DNA of 64,000 nucleotides from Phycisphaerales bacterium Planc_01 (GTDB lineage: Bacteria > Planctomycetota > Phycisphaerae > Sedimentisphaerales > Anaerobacaceae): NCBI GenBank assembly GCA_001603075.1, contig LVBB01000080.1, forward strand, positions 39,108-103,107, read 5' to 3'. Below are positions 38,658 through 48,356 of this stretch, in pieces. The notes beneath the pieces were generated by a model. The model was not told the DNA's origin. It searched no databases and saw nothing but the letters and a program-made list of their open reading frames with translations. A program made the position numbers and the translations under genes. The number at the start of each line of letters is the position of its first letter. Positions within the stretch are counted from its first letter, which is position 1.

Positions 38658-39878
38658 ATGGCCGCGACCCGTGGGAGGATGCGTCTTGCTGCGACCGAGC
38701 CCGGACGGATGCTGCTGCTCGGGACGATCTTCTTCGGCCTGGCCGCGCAGATCGTTCCGGCGTTCGGCGTCCTCTCGGCCTTGGTCGTCGTCATGCTGAC
38801 GGTGCTGGTCGTCGGCTTCGTTCTGCGGCCCCGAGTCGACGTGACGGCGCACCTTCCCGATCACGTGGTCGCCGGTCAGGAGACGCAGTTTCGCTACACG
38901 ATCGAGAATGTGGCACGCGTCCCGGCATACGACCTGTCCGTGCGTCTGGCGGGGTTGCCGGCCACGATCGAGCAGGTCGGCGGCCCGGAGACGATCGCTC
39001 GCCTTGGGCCGGGCCAATCGACGCCGGTGGTCGCCACGGTGAGGGCCCGCCGGCGCGGCAGCCATCCGATCCCTTTGCCGATCTGCGAGTCCAGCTTCCC
39101 CTTCAATCTTCTGCGTTTCAGTCGCGTCCGGAAGGACCGCCAGACGCTCACCGTGCGGCCGGTGTTTTATCGACTGCAAATGCGTTTGTCGCACCTGGCG
39201 GCGGAAAGCCGGTACGGCCTGTCCGGGTCGGCCGGCCGGGCCGAGGTATCCCCGGAATATGCCGGCAACCGTCCGTTCCTCCCCGGTGACTCCCCGCGAC
39301 GCATCGACACCCGCGCCTGGGCCCGCCTGTCGGTTCCGGCCACCAAGCAATACCACAACGACAGCGACAGCCACGTTGGCCTCGTGCTGGACACCCGAAT
39401 CGAATCCGCAAGGGCCAGGTCGGCAGCTCAGGAGATCCCCGAGCTGGAGGCGGCGATCTCTCTCTGTGCGTCCATTGCCTTCACCATCCAGCGGCATTGC
39501 CTCATCGACTGGCTGCTGGTGGGGGCCGAGCTGCACGATCTGGCGACCTGGCCCAGGACGATGCGCGTCGACCGGGTCCACGAGATCCTGGCGACGGTGG
39601 ACTCGGCCGAACGCTACGATTTGGATCGAATGGCCGACGCACTGGCGAATCGCTTTCGTCGTATCTCTCAGGTGATGTTCGTTCTCTTGAGATGGGATGA
39701 CATGTATTCTGATCTGCTGGAACTGGCTGTTGCGGCCCGCTGCCGCTGTACGGCGTACACCGTGGTCACCCCCGGCTCGGATCGGCCCAAGGGCGAGACC
39801 GTAAGGAGCGGTTCCTCGATTGTGATGTCCGTTGGAACGCCCGAGGAGATCCTGGCCGGGCGTCTGGGGCCCCTATGA
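38658..39878 (+). CDS. DUF58-domain membrane protein
   Basis: Two N-terminal TM helices; EYAGNRPFLPGDSPRRID...AR motif; follows moxR. Confidence 0.85.
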   Translation: MAATRGRMRLAATEPGRMLLLGTIFFGLAAQIVPAFGVLSALVVVMLTVLVVGFVLRPRVDVTAHLPDHVVAGQETQFRYTIENVARVPAYDLSVRLAGLPATIEQVGGPETIARLGPGQSTPVVATVRARRRGSHPIPLPICESSFPFNLLRFSRVRKDRQTLTVRPVFYRLQMRLSHLAAESRYGLSGSAGRAEVSPEYAGNRPFLPGDSPRRIDTRAWARLSVPATKQYHNDSDSHVGLVLDTRIESARARSAAQEIPELEAAISLCASIAFTIQRHCLIDWLLVGAELHDLATWPRTMRVDRVHEILATVDSAERYDLDRMADALANRFRRISQVMFVLLRWDDMYSDLLELAVAARCRCTAYTVVTPGSDRPKGETVRSGSSIVMSVGTPEEILAGRLGPL

Positions 39879-42043
39879 GACCGCAGAAGATGGTTGCGGT
39901 TGTCATGGTTCTGACCAGTTCGGCGATGACCGCCTGGGTGTCGATGGATATTGCCTACCCGGCTATCCTCGGCATGTTGGGCCTGCTGGGCCTGTCGCGG
40001 CGGTTCACGTGGAATTTCAAGCCGGAGAAGCGCATCATCACATCGTTGCTCATGCTGGTCCTGGCGATCTTCTTTGCCCTGCACTACAGCTACACCCGCC
40101 CGCACGGCTGGGTCGCTCACGAGGAGGCGATGAGCCTTGCCTGGCAGACCGTCGCCCGGTACTTCCTGGCCGGGATGATCCTCATGCTCTTTCTCGGGTC
40201 GCCTCGGCAGCTTCCGGCCTCGCTCGGGCTCTTCCACGTCGCCAACACGGTCTGTGCCGGTCAGGTTCTGCTGTTGGAAGACAGATTCATCGTCTTCCGG
40301 CTGTTGGAGTTGTTCTCAGTCATTCTTGTGATCCTCTATGCCGCGACCACGCGTGGTCCCGACCCGGCGCCGGTCCCGGTGGCCGTCGGGCCTCCCGTGG
40401 GGTTGCGGCCTCGCACCTCGCCGCGATGGGTCGCCTGCGGACTGATCCTCGTTGCCGCCGGCAACGTCGGATGGGCCGTCAGTTCGGCCCTCTATCGCCA
40501 TGTCGAGCTTCTCGAATATCTTCCGGCCTGGTTCGGCAAGCAGGTCATCAGCATGGATCTGGGGGCCGGGGACGCCGCGAGGATCGCCTTCACTACCAGC
40601 GGCCGCCTGTCGAGTCTGGCTCTGGTGCTGGAGGAGCAGGACGCGACGCCCGCGCTGATGATCGAGAGCGATGAGCCGCCCGGCTATTTGCGGGGGCGCG
40701 TCTTCGAGGTCTACCGCCAGTCGCAGTGGCTCGATCTGTCGTATCAGGAGGCCATCTTCCCGCAACAGGGCAGCCTGCATTTTGCGACCCGGATGAATGT
40801 CTTCCGCCTGAACGAGGACGATGCGGCGGATGCCAGGTCCATGACGATTCGGCACGAGTTCCAGTTCGACGATGCGGCCTTCGCGCCGTTGGGATTGTCT
40901 TACGTCGAGGCGTCGTTCCGGCTGCTTCTTCGCGACGACGACGATGTCATCTACGCACCGAGACTGCCCAGCGGCCGCAAGTATCGCGTCAGCTATCTGT
41001 CGTCGGGTCGGCACAGGGCGCCGCAGGATGTGCAGCTTCGCCGAGCACTGGATGTGCCGTCTTCGCTCGACCCGCGAATTGACGGGCTTGTGGCCCGGGT
41101 CTTCGCCGGCTGCGAGAGCACCGCCGAGAAGATCGACGCTGTCGTCAGGCACTTTCGGACGAACTACACCTATTCCTACGACCCGGAAATCCCGCTCGAT
41201 CGGGAGGCGTTGAGCTACTTCCTGCTCGATGGCTCCAAGGGCTATTGCGAGTACTTCGCCTCCGGTGCGGCGATCCTTCTGCGTCTGGCCGGGGTGCCGG
41301 CGCGCTACGTCGTCGGGTTCCTCGTCACCGAACGGGATGCCCGTACGGAGATGTGGGTCGCCCGGAACATGGACGCCCACGCCTGGGTCGAGGCCTGGGA
41401 CGAGCAGCAGGGTCGCTGGGTGACCGTCGAGGCGACGGCGCAGGGCGACGAGGCGATTTCCGCTGCGGAGGAACAGGCCCGCACCGACGGCGGGGGGATC
41501 AACATCGTACTGGCGCAGTTCCTCCACGCCCTGTACGAATACGGTTTGCTGGGGGCTCTGGGCTGGCTGTTGATGTCTCGCGGCGGGACCGTCTCTCTGC
41601 TGGCGCTGGTGGTATTGTCTGTCCTGGCGTTCTGGTGGGCCCTGTCGCGACACCGTGGCTCCCGACGTTCCTCCGGCTCTCGAGGGCGAGCGGATCCAAC
41701 GATTGCGGCTCTGCACGGCTTGTTGGCTCGGATGGACCGCAGACTCAGAGCCGCCGGTGTCCGCCGGTCGTTGGCCGAAACGCTTCATGCCTTTGCCGAA
41801 CGGCTCCGCGCCGCCGGTTCGAGCGACATCGATCGCGATGCACATGGGGATCGAGACTGGGCGGAGATATCGGATTGGTACGTCGAATACGCCAACGTGC
41901 GATACGGCAGGGCGGTTCGCCCCGAGCATCTGGAGACGCTCCGGCGGCGCGCCGAGGCCGCGATGGGCCTTCTCAGAGGCCGTCGTTCCAGATCGACCCT
42001 ACGTGTGTTTCAGGAACGGGACGGCGATCGGATAACGCCATAG
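39875..42043 (+). CDS. Membrane transglutaminase-like protein (TgpA/DUF3488 type)
   Basis: Multi-TM N-terminus; GYCEYFAS...LR.AGVPARYV.GF...AHAWVE; ATGA overlap with DUF58 gene. Confidence 0.9.
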   Translation: MRPQKMVAVVMVLTSSAMTAWVSMDIAYPAILGMLGLLGLSRRFTWNFKPEKRIITSLLMLVLAIFFALHYSYTRPHGWVAHEEAMSLAWQTVARYFLAGMILMLFLGSPRQLPASLGLFHVANTVCAGQVLLLEDRFIVFRLLELFSVILVILYAATTRGPDPAPVPVAVGPPVGLRPRTSPRWVACGLILVAAGNVGWAVSSALYRHVELLEYLPAWFGKQVISMDLGAGDAARIAFTTSGRLSSLALVLEEQDATPALMIESDEPPGYLRGRVFEVYRQSQWLDLSYQEAIFPQQGSLHFATRMNVFRLNEDDAADARSMTIRHEFQFDDAAFAPLGLSYVEASFRLLLRDDDDVIYAPRLPSGRKYRVSYLSSGRHRAPQDVQLRRALDVPSSLDPRIDGLVARVFAGCESTAEKIDAVVRHFRTNYTYSYDPEIPLDREALSYFLLDGSKGYCEYFASGAAILLRLAGVPARYVVGFLVTERDARTEMWVARNMDAHAWVEAWDEQQGRWVTVEATAQGDEAISAAEEQARTDGGGINIVLAQFLHALYEYGLLGALGWLLMSRGGTVSLLALVVLSVLAFWWALSRHRGSRRSSGSRGRADPTIAALHGLLARMDRRLRAAGVRRSLAETLHAFAERLRAAGSSDIDRDAHGDRDWAEISDWYVEYANVRYGRAVRPEHLETLRRRAEAAMGLLRGRRSRSTLRVFQERDGDRITP

Positions 42044-42415
42044 GCGACCTTGAGAGGCCTGGACCGTTCCCACGACGATCAGCACAAGGTGGATGACGGT
42101 CAGAAGCCACAGCAGCACGACGAACTTGACCGAGACCAGGCACAGCAGCCAACAGACGACGCCATAGATCAAAAGCGAGATCTGGTAATTCATGGCCTGG
42201 CGCCCATGCTCGTCGACGAAGCGGTGCTTGTCCCGTTCGATCAGCCAGATCAGCAGCGGAGCGAAGAACCCGACAACGCCAAGAAGGTGGCACAGCATGG
42301 CCATGTTCCGGGCATCCCGCGAGGTTTCCGTCTGTGGTCCGGCTTGCACCTCGGCTCCATAGCCGGATGAGAGCTTCGCCCCTTCGGACCAGCGGGGACC
42401 ATTTTCTTCTGCCAT
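41999..42415 (-). CDS. DUF4870-family membrane protein
   Basis: AMLCHL, PLLIWLI.RD...FVDEHGRQAMNYQIS, G..WRYP. Confidence 0.88.
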   Translation of the reverse strand: MAEENGPRWSEGAKLSSGYGAEVQAGPQTETSRDARNMAMLCHLLGVVGFFAPLLIWLIERDKHRFVDEHGRQAMNYQISLLIYGVVCWLLCLVSVKFVVLLWLLTVIHLVLIVVGTVQASQGRLWRYPIAVPFLKHT

Positions 42416-42507
42416 GATCCAACTCCTGTACTGCACGCCCATGTTACATATAGCAAAGGGTTTTGTGCTCGGTCAAGACGGAAACCCGCGTGGCGGGAAG
42501 GGCGATT

Positions 42508-44445
42508 TTATCGCCGGGGTCCGGCGCCGCTGACGTCGATCGGCTCGATGCCCATGGCGCGCGCGGGCGAATCGGGGGCGATCTCGACCTTGCCGTCGCG
42601 ATAGGCGGTCAGCTTCGGGTCGGCCAGGATGTTGGCGGCGTCCGCCTGCATCGAGTATTCGCCCGTTTGCGAGTATTGGTCGAGCTTTTTGCATTCGACC
42701 TTGCCGGCGTCGCTGTGCAGGACGTTGCCCGCCAATGTGGTGATCCCCTCGCGGTTGTCGAACACGATCTTGCCTTTGGCCCAGAGGATGTTCTTCTCGA
42801 AGCGATAGTCGGACGATCTGGGCCAGGTCAGACGCAGGTCACCTTCGTTGATGAAGACGTTGTTGCGGATCGTGTTGCCTTTGGCCATGTGGTTGTGGCT
42901 TGGACGCATGACGTTGACGGACAGATTGCCCTCGACCAGGCAGCCCTCCGACTGTTCGTCGAGGTAGTAGGCCGAGGCGCCGTAGCCGCCCGTGTCGATG
43001 ATGTCGTGGATGTAGTTGCCGCGCAGGATGAGGTTCTTGCCCCCGAAGCAGTAGATGCCGCCGCCGTCGTGGAGTTCGAGCATGGCGTCGTGGATCCGAT
43101 TGGCCTCGATGCGGGTGTTCTGGCCCCCGTAGTTGACGGCCGAATACGGTGCGTGGTGCACATGGTTGTGAGCGACGAGCGAATCCCTGCCTCCGCCCTG
43201 CAGCGCGATCGCGCTGGGATACGTCAGACCCACGTCATGGACGTGGTTGTCGACAGCTTCGATGCGTGCGCCGCTGAACCGAATACCGCAGGCGCCGACG
43301 TGATGCACGTGACATCGGCGAATCCGCAAATCGTTCCCTGCGGCCTTGATCCCCTGTCCGCCGGCGTGGAGGACTTCGAGGTCGCCGAATGTGCAGTTCT
43401 CGGCGTTGGCGACCGACAGCGCGCCGTCGAACCGGCCGGCGCCGAACCCGCCGGCTGCCAGGGGTGTGGTGGTTGCCGCCAGCCTCAGCCCGCGCAGCGT
43501 GACGTTCCTGACGGGCTTGTCCCGGCTCCCTTGCACGCGGACGATCGACTCGACGACCGGGGCGACGACCTTGGCCTCGCTCATGTCCTCGCCCGGCAGG
43601 GGCCAGTAGACCACCTTGCCCGCCGTGCGGTCGAGGTACCACTGTCCCGGTTCGGTCAAGCCTTCGCGAACGTTCCAGACGACGTAGGTCTTGACGCCGA
43701 ACGCGCCGGCCGGATGCCCCGTCGGACTGGAGAACGTCAGCGTATGCGTCTGGGTGTCGATCGCCGCGACGCCCACCATCGAGTCGTCCCACATGTGGTA
43801 GACCGTGATCTCGGCGTTTCGAATGTCGAGCCACGGGCCCAGGTCCTCGGGTCGGTATTTCAGGGTGGTCAGCTCCTCGTCGGTGGGCTTGCGTTGCCAA
43901 CCGCCGCCGGTCGTGCTCATCCAGCGGACGTCGAAGACGCTGCGATGCTCGAAACGTCCCTTCTTCGGCAGCCGGGCGCGGGGGCAGTAACGGCCGTTGA
44001 CGATCAGGGCGCGGAAGTCCCATTCACCTTCCTTGACACCGGGCAGCGTCGCGGCGTAGAAGTTCGGCCCATCCTTGTGCCATCCGGTGACCTTGCGACC
44101 GCCGTACAGCGTCACATCAGCTCCGGTCGTCGCCTCGATCGAAAGTCCGCTGTCCTTTTCGGTCAGGACGACCGGCCTGTCAAGGAAGTACTCACCCGCC
44201 TGCACGACGATCCGACGGGACGCTTCGGTCCCCAAGGTGCGGCTGGCCCGGCACGCGGCGGCCAGCGTCGCCAGCGGTCCATCCGTGCGATCCGCATCGG
44301 GCTGGGCCAGCCGACCGGACCACGAATCGTCTCCGTTCGGCGAGACATGAAAGGTCACGACTTCCGAAGCATCACTCTTGCGGACGGTGAATGTGGCAAT
44401 GGCCATCAGGATCAAAAGGGTGCAGGTCATGGAGGTCTTTGTCAT
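42508..44445 (-). CDS. Secreted right-handed beta-helix protein (GH141-like putative glycoside hydrolase)
   Basis: Signal peptide; FHVSPNGDDSWSG...GPLATL.AA, LTEPGQWYLD, DGGGIY, YYLDEQSEG..V.GN. Confidence 0.7.
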   Translation of the reverse strand: MTKTSMTCTLLILMAIATFTVRKSDASEVVTFHVSPNGDDSWSGRLAQPDADRTDGPLATLAAACRASRTLGTEASRRIVVQAGEYFLDRPVVLTEKDSGLSIEATTGADVTLYGGRKVTGWHKDGPNFYAATLPGVKEGEWDFRALIVNGRYCPRARLPKKGRFEHRSVFDVRWMSTTGGGWQRKPTDEELTTLKYRPEDLGPWLDIRNAEITVYHMWDDSMVGVAAIDTQTHTLTFSSPTGHPAGAFGVKTYVVWNVREGLTEPGQWYLDRTAGKVVYWPLPGEDMSEAKVVAPVVESIVRVQGSRDKPVRNVTLRGLRLAATTTPLAAGGFGAGRFDGALSVANAENCTFGDLEVLHAGGQGIKAAGNDLRIRRCHVHHVGACGIRFSGARIEAVDNHVHDVGLTYPSAIALQGGGRDSLVAHNHVHHAPYSAVNYGGQNTRIEANRIHDAMLELHDGGGIYCFGGKNLILRGNYIHDIIDTGGYGASAYYLDEQSEGCLVEGNLSVNVMRPSHNHMAKGNTIRNNVFINEGDLRLTWPRSSDYRFEKNILWAKGKIVFDNREGITTLAGNVLHSDAGKVECKKLDQYSQTGEYSMQADAANILADPKLTAYRDGKVEIAPDSPARAMGIEPIDVSGAGPRR

Positions 44446-44607
44446 GGTTGCGGCTCCACCAAGAGGGCATCGAGGATTCCACATCGATTGCTGCGTCCAG
44501 TCATTGTAACCGACTCGACGGCCCAAGGGAACGCTCAAACCTTGGATCGTACGTGGCGTGCGAGAACGCGTTTGCCAAACGGTAGTGGCAGCCGCTATAT
44601 TGGGCAC

Positions 44608-45384
44608 ATGACTTCGGAAAATGTCGGCATTGCCCTGGGCTTGACGTTGCTGGCTGGTCTCTCGACGGGGATCGGCAGCGCCATTGCCTATTTCATCAAG
44701 CGGCCCAAGATCGTCTACCTCGCCTTCGCGCTGGGTCTGTCGGGCGGCGTGATGATCTACATCTCGTTCATGGAGATGCTCCCCGAGGCGATGGAAACGA
44801 TGGGCGAAAAATGGGCGCTGCTGGTGTTCTTCCTCGGCATCGGCATCATGGCGCTGATCGACCTGCTGATCCCCGAGCCGGAGAACCCCCATAACTTCGA
44901 CGATATGGACACGCCGAGGGTCGCGCACGGCAGCCACAAGCTCATGCGCACCGGCGTATTCACCGCCTTGGCCATCGGGGTGCACAACTTTCCGGAGGGA
45001 CTGGCGACATTCGCCGCGACGCTCAGCGATGTAAAGCTGGGCGCCTTCATCGCCATCGCCATTGCGATCCACAACATTCCCGAGGGGATCGCGGTGTCGG
45101 TGCCGATCTTCTACGCCACCGGCAGCCGGAAGAAGGCTTTCCTCTATTCGTTCCTCTCCGGCGCCTCCGAGCCGGTCGGGGCGATCATCGGCTACGTCGT
45201 GCTCATGCCGTTCCTGTCGCCGGCCGTCCTGGCCGGTACCCTGGCCTTCGTCGCGGGCATCATGATCTACATCGCGCTCGACGAGCTGCTGCCCACCGCC
45301 CACCGCTACGGCCACGGCCACCTCGTCATCGGCGGCATCGTCCTGGGCATGCTCGTCATGGCCGTGAGCCTCTTGATGATCTGA
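44608..45384 (+). CDS. zupT: ZIP-family zinc transporter ZupT
   Basis: LAGLSTGIG, GVMIYISF.E, AI.VHNFPEG, AIHNIPEG, DELLP. Confidence 0.95.
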   Translation: MTSENVGIALGLTLLAGLSTGIGSAIAYFIKRPKIVYLAFALGLSGGVMIYISFMEMLPEAMETMGEKWALLVFFLGIGIMALIDLLIPEPENPHNFDDMDTPRVAHGSHKLMRTGVFTALAIGVHNFPEGLATFAATLSDVKLGAFIAIAIAIHNIPEGIAVSVPIFYATGSRKKAFLYSFLSGASEPVGAIIGYVVLMPFLSPAVLAGTLAFVAGIMIYIALDELLPTAHRYGHGHLVIGGIVLGMLVMAVSLLMI

Positions 45385-45392
45385 CGAACCAG

Positions 45393-45486
45393 ATCAAGTA
45401 TCAAAGGTCAAGAATCAAACTTGCGGAATCCGCCTTCGGCGGATGACGGTAACATTCCTGCATTTTGATGTTTGCGATTTGATTTG
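45393..45486. repeat. Heptamer-repeat inverted element with central palindrome between convergent genes
   Basis: ATCAAGT-ATCAAAG-GTCAAGA-ATCAAAC, central ATCCGCC-TTC-GGCGGAT (45428-45444), complementary TTTTGAT..TTTGATTTG arm. Confidence 0.55.
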
Positions 45487-45489
45487 CTC

Positions 45490-46032
45490 CTATCCGTACT
45501 TGTATCCACAGTTGTCACAGAATTTCGCATCCGGGTCGTTCATTTCCCGGCACTGCGGACAGGGTTTGGCTTTCTCCATCGCTTGCCCGCACTGGTCGCA
45601 GAATCGGGCGCCGGCATCATTGAGTGCGTTGCACTTGTGGCAGCGGATCTTCGTTGCCGCGCCGCCCGGACCGAGTCCACCTTCCTTGAGCCCCTGCCCA
45701 ATGGCACCCGCGACCATCTTGATCCCCTGCTGCGTGCCGTCGGCCATGTAGTTGAACGTATCTTTGACTACCGGGGCGGTTTCCTGGGCGCCGTAACGCA
45801 TGACCTTGCCCATGTAGCCATACGAGGTCATCACAATCCCGACAAACAACAGCGGCATCCCCACGAACGGGCACCAAGCGTGCTGCGGCGGTCCGAAGCT
45901 GCCGAACGCGCGGAAGAAACCCACCATGCCCACGACGACAAAGCCCAAACCGATCAGTGCGATCATCGGCCCTATGACACGCAGGGCGTTGCGTACACTC
46001 GTGTGCCCCGGATCCAACTGTCGTTCTTTCAC
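45490..46032 (-). CDS. Membrane protein with double zinc ribbon
   Basis: Two TM helices; CHKC..N...A.FCDQCG...CPQC...N...AKFCDNCG. Confidence 0.88.
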   Translation of the reverse strand: MKERQLDPGHTSVRNALRVIGPMIALIGLGFVVVGMVGFFRAFGSFGPPQHAWCPFVGMPLLFVGIVMTSYGYMGKVMRYGAQETAPVVKDTFNYMADGTQQGIKMVAGAIGQGLKEGGLGPGGAATKIRCHKCNALNDAGARFCDQCGQAMEKAKPCPQCREMNDPDAKFCDNCGYKYG

Positions 46033-46071
46033 TATGCCACCTTTCTTCGCAAGCGGCTGCCTTACGGCACA

Positions 46072-47019
46072 TCAACTCTCGGCCGGTGCCTGCGTCTTCA
46101 GAACCGAGGTGGCCGTCTTGATCACGCCGGCGATATTCGCCAGATCCGACGGGATAATCATGGTGTTGTTCGTCTTGGCCAGCTTGCCGAACTCGTCGAG
46201 GTATTGCTCGGCGATCCGCAGGTTGACCGCGTCGGCGCCGCCCTTGTCGCTGATGGCGGCGGCGATCTTGTGGATGCCCTCGGCCGTGGCCTCGGCGACG
46301 CGCTGAATCTCGACGGCGCGGCCTTCCGCCTCGTTGATGCGCTTCTGCTTCTCGCCCTCCGACCGTGCAATCATCTCCTGCCGGTCGCCTTCGGCGCGGT
46401 TGATCTTGGCCTGGCGGTCGCCCTCGGACTCGGCGATGGTCGCGCGTTTCTCTCGCTCGGCCCGCATCTGCTTTTCCATCGCGTCCTTGATGCTCTGCGG
46501 CGGCATGATGTTCTTGACCTCGTACCGCGTGACCTTGACGCCCCACGGATCGGAGGCCTTGTCCACCGCTTCGACGATGGCGCTGTTGATCACGTCGCGC
46601 TCCTCGAACGTCTTATCGAGGTCGAGCTTGCCCATGACGCTGCGCATCGTGGTCTGGGCCAGTTGTGTGGCGGCGAAGCGATAGTTGTCGATGCCGTACG
46701 ATGCCTTCTTGGGATCGACCACCTGCATGTAGAGAATGCCGTCGACCTCGACCGCGATGTTGTCCTTGGTGATGCACTGCTGCGGCGGTACGTCCACCGC
46801 CTGCTCCTTCAGCGTGTGGCGGTACGAGACACGATCCACGAACGGCAACAGCACGTGGAAGCCGGCTTCGAGCGTCGTGGCGTACTTTCCCAGACGCTCG
46901 ACGATAAAGGCCTGCTTCTGCGGCACGATGCGGATCGTCTTGATGAAGACGATCACAGCAAAGACCAATACGCCGATCAGGACCACGGTCAACGGACTGA
47001 TGTTGGATTGCGCCAGCAT
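46072..47019 (-). CDS. qmcA: SPFH/stomatin-like protein (QmcA/YbbK type)
   Basis: IVPQ..A.IVERLGKY, ITKDN..VEVDG, RYEVKNI.PP..I..AMEKQM.AERE.RA. Confidence 0.93.
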   Translation of the reverse strand: MLAQSNISPLTVVLIGVLVFAVIVFIKTIRIVPQKQAFIVERLGKYATTLEAGFHVLLPFVDRVSYRHTLKEQAVDVPPQQCITKDNIAVEVDGILYMQVVDPKKASYGIDNYRFAATQLAQTTMRSVMGKLDLDKTFEERDVINSAIVEAVDKASDPWGVKVTRYEVKNIMPPQSIKDAMEKQMRAEREKRATIAESEGDRQAKINRAEGDRQEMIARSEGEKQKRINEAEGRAVEIQRVAEATAEGIHKIAAAISDKGGADAVNLRIAEQYLDEFGKLAKTNNTMIIPSDLANIAGVIKTATSVLKTQAPAES

Positions 47020-47083
47020 GATTGTTCTCCTGTCATCAGGGAGTTGAATCTTATGTTTGTTCGTCGGCCGGAGGCGATCCTGC

Positions 47084-47542
47084 CTATACCGGCTTGACCT
47101 TCAGCGTTGCACTGCTCTTCTGTGTGATCTCCACGACCGCACCGACGGCGATCTCCTCATCCGCCTGGGCGGTCCAGTGGGTTCCGTGGAATTCCACCCG
47201 CCCGGCCAGCTTGGGCGTGATTTCGCTCGTGACGATCGCCCGCTGCCCGACATACTCGTTCAGGTCGACGTTGGCGTTCTGCCTGTCGGTGGCGAACCCG
47301 CCGAACAGGCCCTTGACCCAGCGCCGCGCCCCCACGAGCAAGACGACCGACGAAATGATGAACAGGCCCAACTGGGCGTTCAGCGACAGCGGCGTGACCA
47401 GACAGACCAACGCGACGACCCAGGCTCCCACCGCGAAGAAGGCGATGATCAGACCCGGCACGATGAACTCGGCCACCAGCAGCACCAGGCCCACCAGGAA
47501 CCAGATCAACTCGGGTTTGAGGAACTCCTTGAGCCAGTCCAT
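47084..47542 (-). CDS. NfeD/YbbJ short OB-fold membrane protein
   Basis: WF..GLVLL..E...PG; VG..A.V...I....GRVE..GT.W.A. Confidence 0.92.
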   Translation of the reverse strand: MDWLKEFLKPELIWFLVGLVLLVAEFIVPGLIIAFFAVGAWVVALVCLVTPLSLNAQLGLFIISSVVLLVGARRWVKGLFGGFATDRQNANVDLNEYVGQRAIVTSEITPKLAGRVEFHGTHWTAQADEEIAVGAVVEITQKSSATLKVKPV

Positions 47543-47590
47543 ATCCCATCCTTTCCCAAAGGCCCGCTCGCCGAAGCGGGCGCCACGTCT

Positions 47591-47905
47591 CTATTGCACC
47601 ACCACGGCGGTGCCGTAGGCCAGGATCTCCGCGGCACTGTCCATGACCTCCGACGTCGAGAATCGGATCCCGATGATGGCGTTGGCGCCGAGACCCTGCG
47701 CGTCTTCGATCATCCGGTCGATCGCCTGCTCGCGCGATTCCCCCATCAGTTTCGTATAGTCGGTGATCTCGCCGCCAACCACATTGCGCAGCTTGGCCAT
47801 GATGTCCCGCCCGATGTTGCGGGCGCGAATCGTGTTGCCGCGCACCAGGCCGAGGTGCCGGACGATGGTCTTGCCGCAGATCGTTTCCGTCGTTGCCAGA
47901 AGCAT
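47591..47905 (-). CDS. ybjQ: YbjQ/UPF0145 family protein
   Basis: LGLVRG..I.ARNIGRD...LRN.VGGE...Y..L..ESRE.A..RM...A..LGANAI.GIRF...E..AYGTAV. Confidence 0.95.
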   Translation of the reverse strand: MLLATTETICGKTIVRHLGLVRGNTIRARNIGRDIMAKLRNVVGGEITDYTKLMGESREQAIDRMIEDAQGLGANAIIGIRFSTSEVMDSAAEILAYGTAVVVQ

Positions 47906-47909
47906 CGGT

Positions 47910-48356
47910 CTATCTCCTTACATCTTTGTAGCGGTCTCTGCTCCAGAAGTAGATTCGCTCCCGCACGACGGAGACGAACAGGATCGCCAGACCCGCCAGC
48001 AGGGCCAGCAGTCCGACTTTCAGCAGGACGCCGACCGTTGGGTCTCTGATGACACTCTCGATGGCCGAAAACCCGCCGTAGATCAGCAACAGGATGCCGG
48101 CCACGGAGAACACCATCCATCCGATCCCGCGCTCGATGCGGTTGTACAGTCGGCCCCAGTACTGCTGCCAGAGCCGGTCCTCCGGCTCGACCAGGGTCAC
48201 GTCGTCGGTGATCCGTTTGAGTCTTGTGAATTCTTCGATCTCTCGGCGACACTCGGGACAGCCGGACAGGTGCGACTCGAACGCCCGCTTCTGCGCCTCG
48301 TCGAGTTCGTTGTCCAGATAGCCCATCATGAAGTCTTTGTAGTCCTGGCAGGTCAT
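47910..48356 (-). CDS. Zinc-finger (ZAS, zf-HC2) membrane anti-sigma factor
   Basis: C....MMGYLD.EL.......E.HLSGCPEC (HxxxCxxC); two C-terminal TM helices. Confidence 0.93.
   Translation of the reverse strand: MTCQDYKDFMMGYLDNELDEAQKRAFESHLSGCPECRREIEEFTRLKRITDDVTLVEPEDRLWQQYWGRLYNRIERGIGWMVFSVAGILLLIYGGFSAIESVIRDPTVGVLLKVGLLALLAGLAILFVSVVRERIYFWSRDRYKDVRR

Noticed and set aside
41410-41440. Transglutaminase third triad residue appears as Glu (WVTVEAT) rather than Asp
   Set aside because: It is a conservative change seen in other TgpA-like proteins, and Cys and His are intact.
41999-42043. 45-bp convergent overlap of the transglutaminase and DUF4870 3' ends
   Set aside because: Short tail-to-tail overlaps are common in GC-rich genomes.
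42463-45384. Apparent 973-aa and 937-aa fusion ORFs joining the beta-helix gene and zupT; likewise 4391-6370 and 34606-36396
   Set aside because: These are ORF-caller read-through upstream of the true starts (44608, 44445, 4993, 35907); each real gene has its own start and the upstream parts are antisense or out-of-frame shadows.
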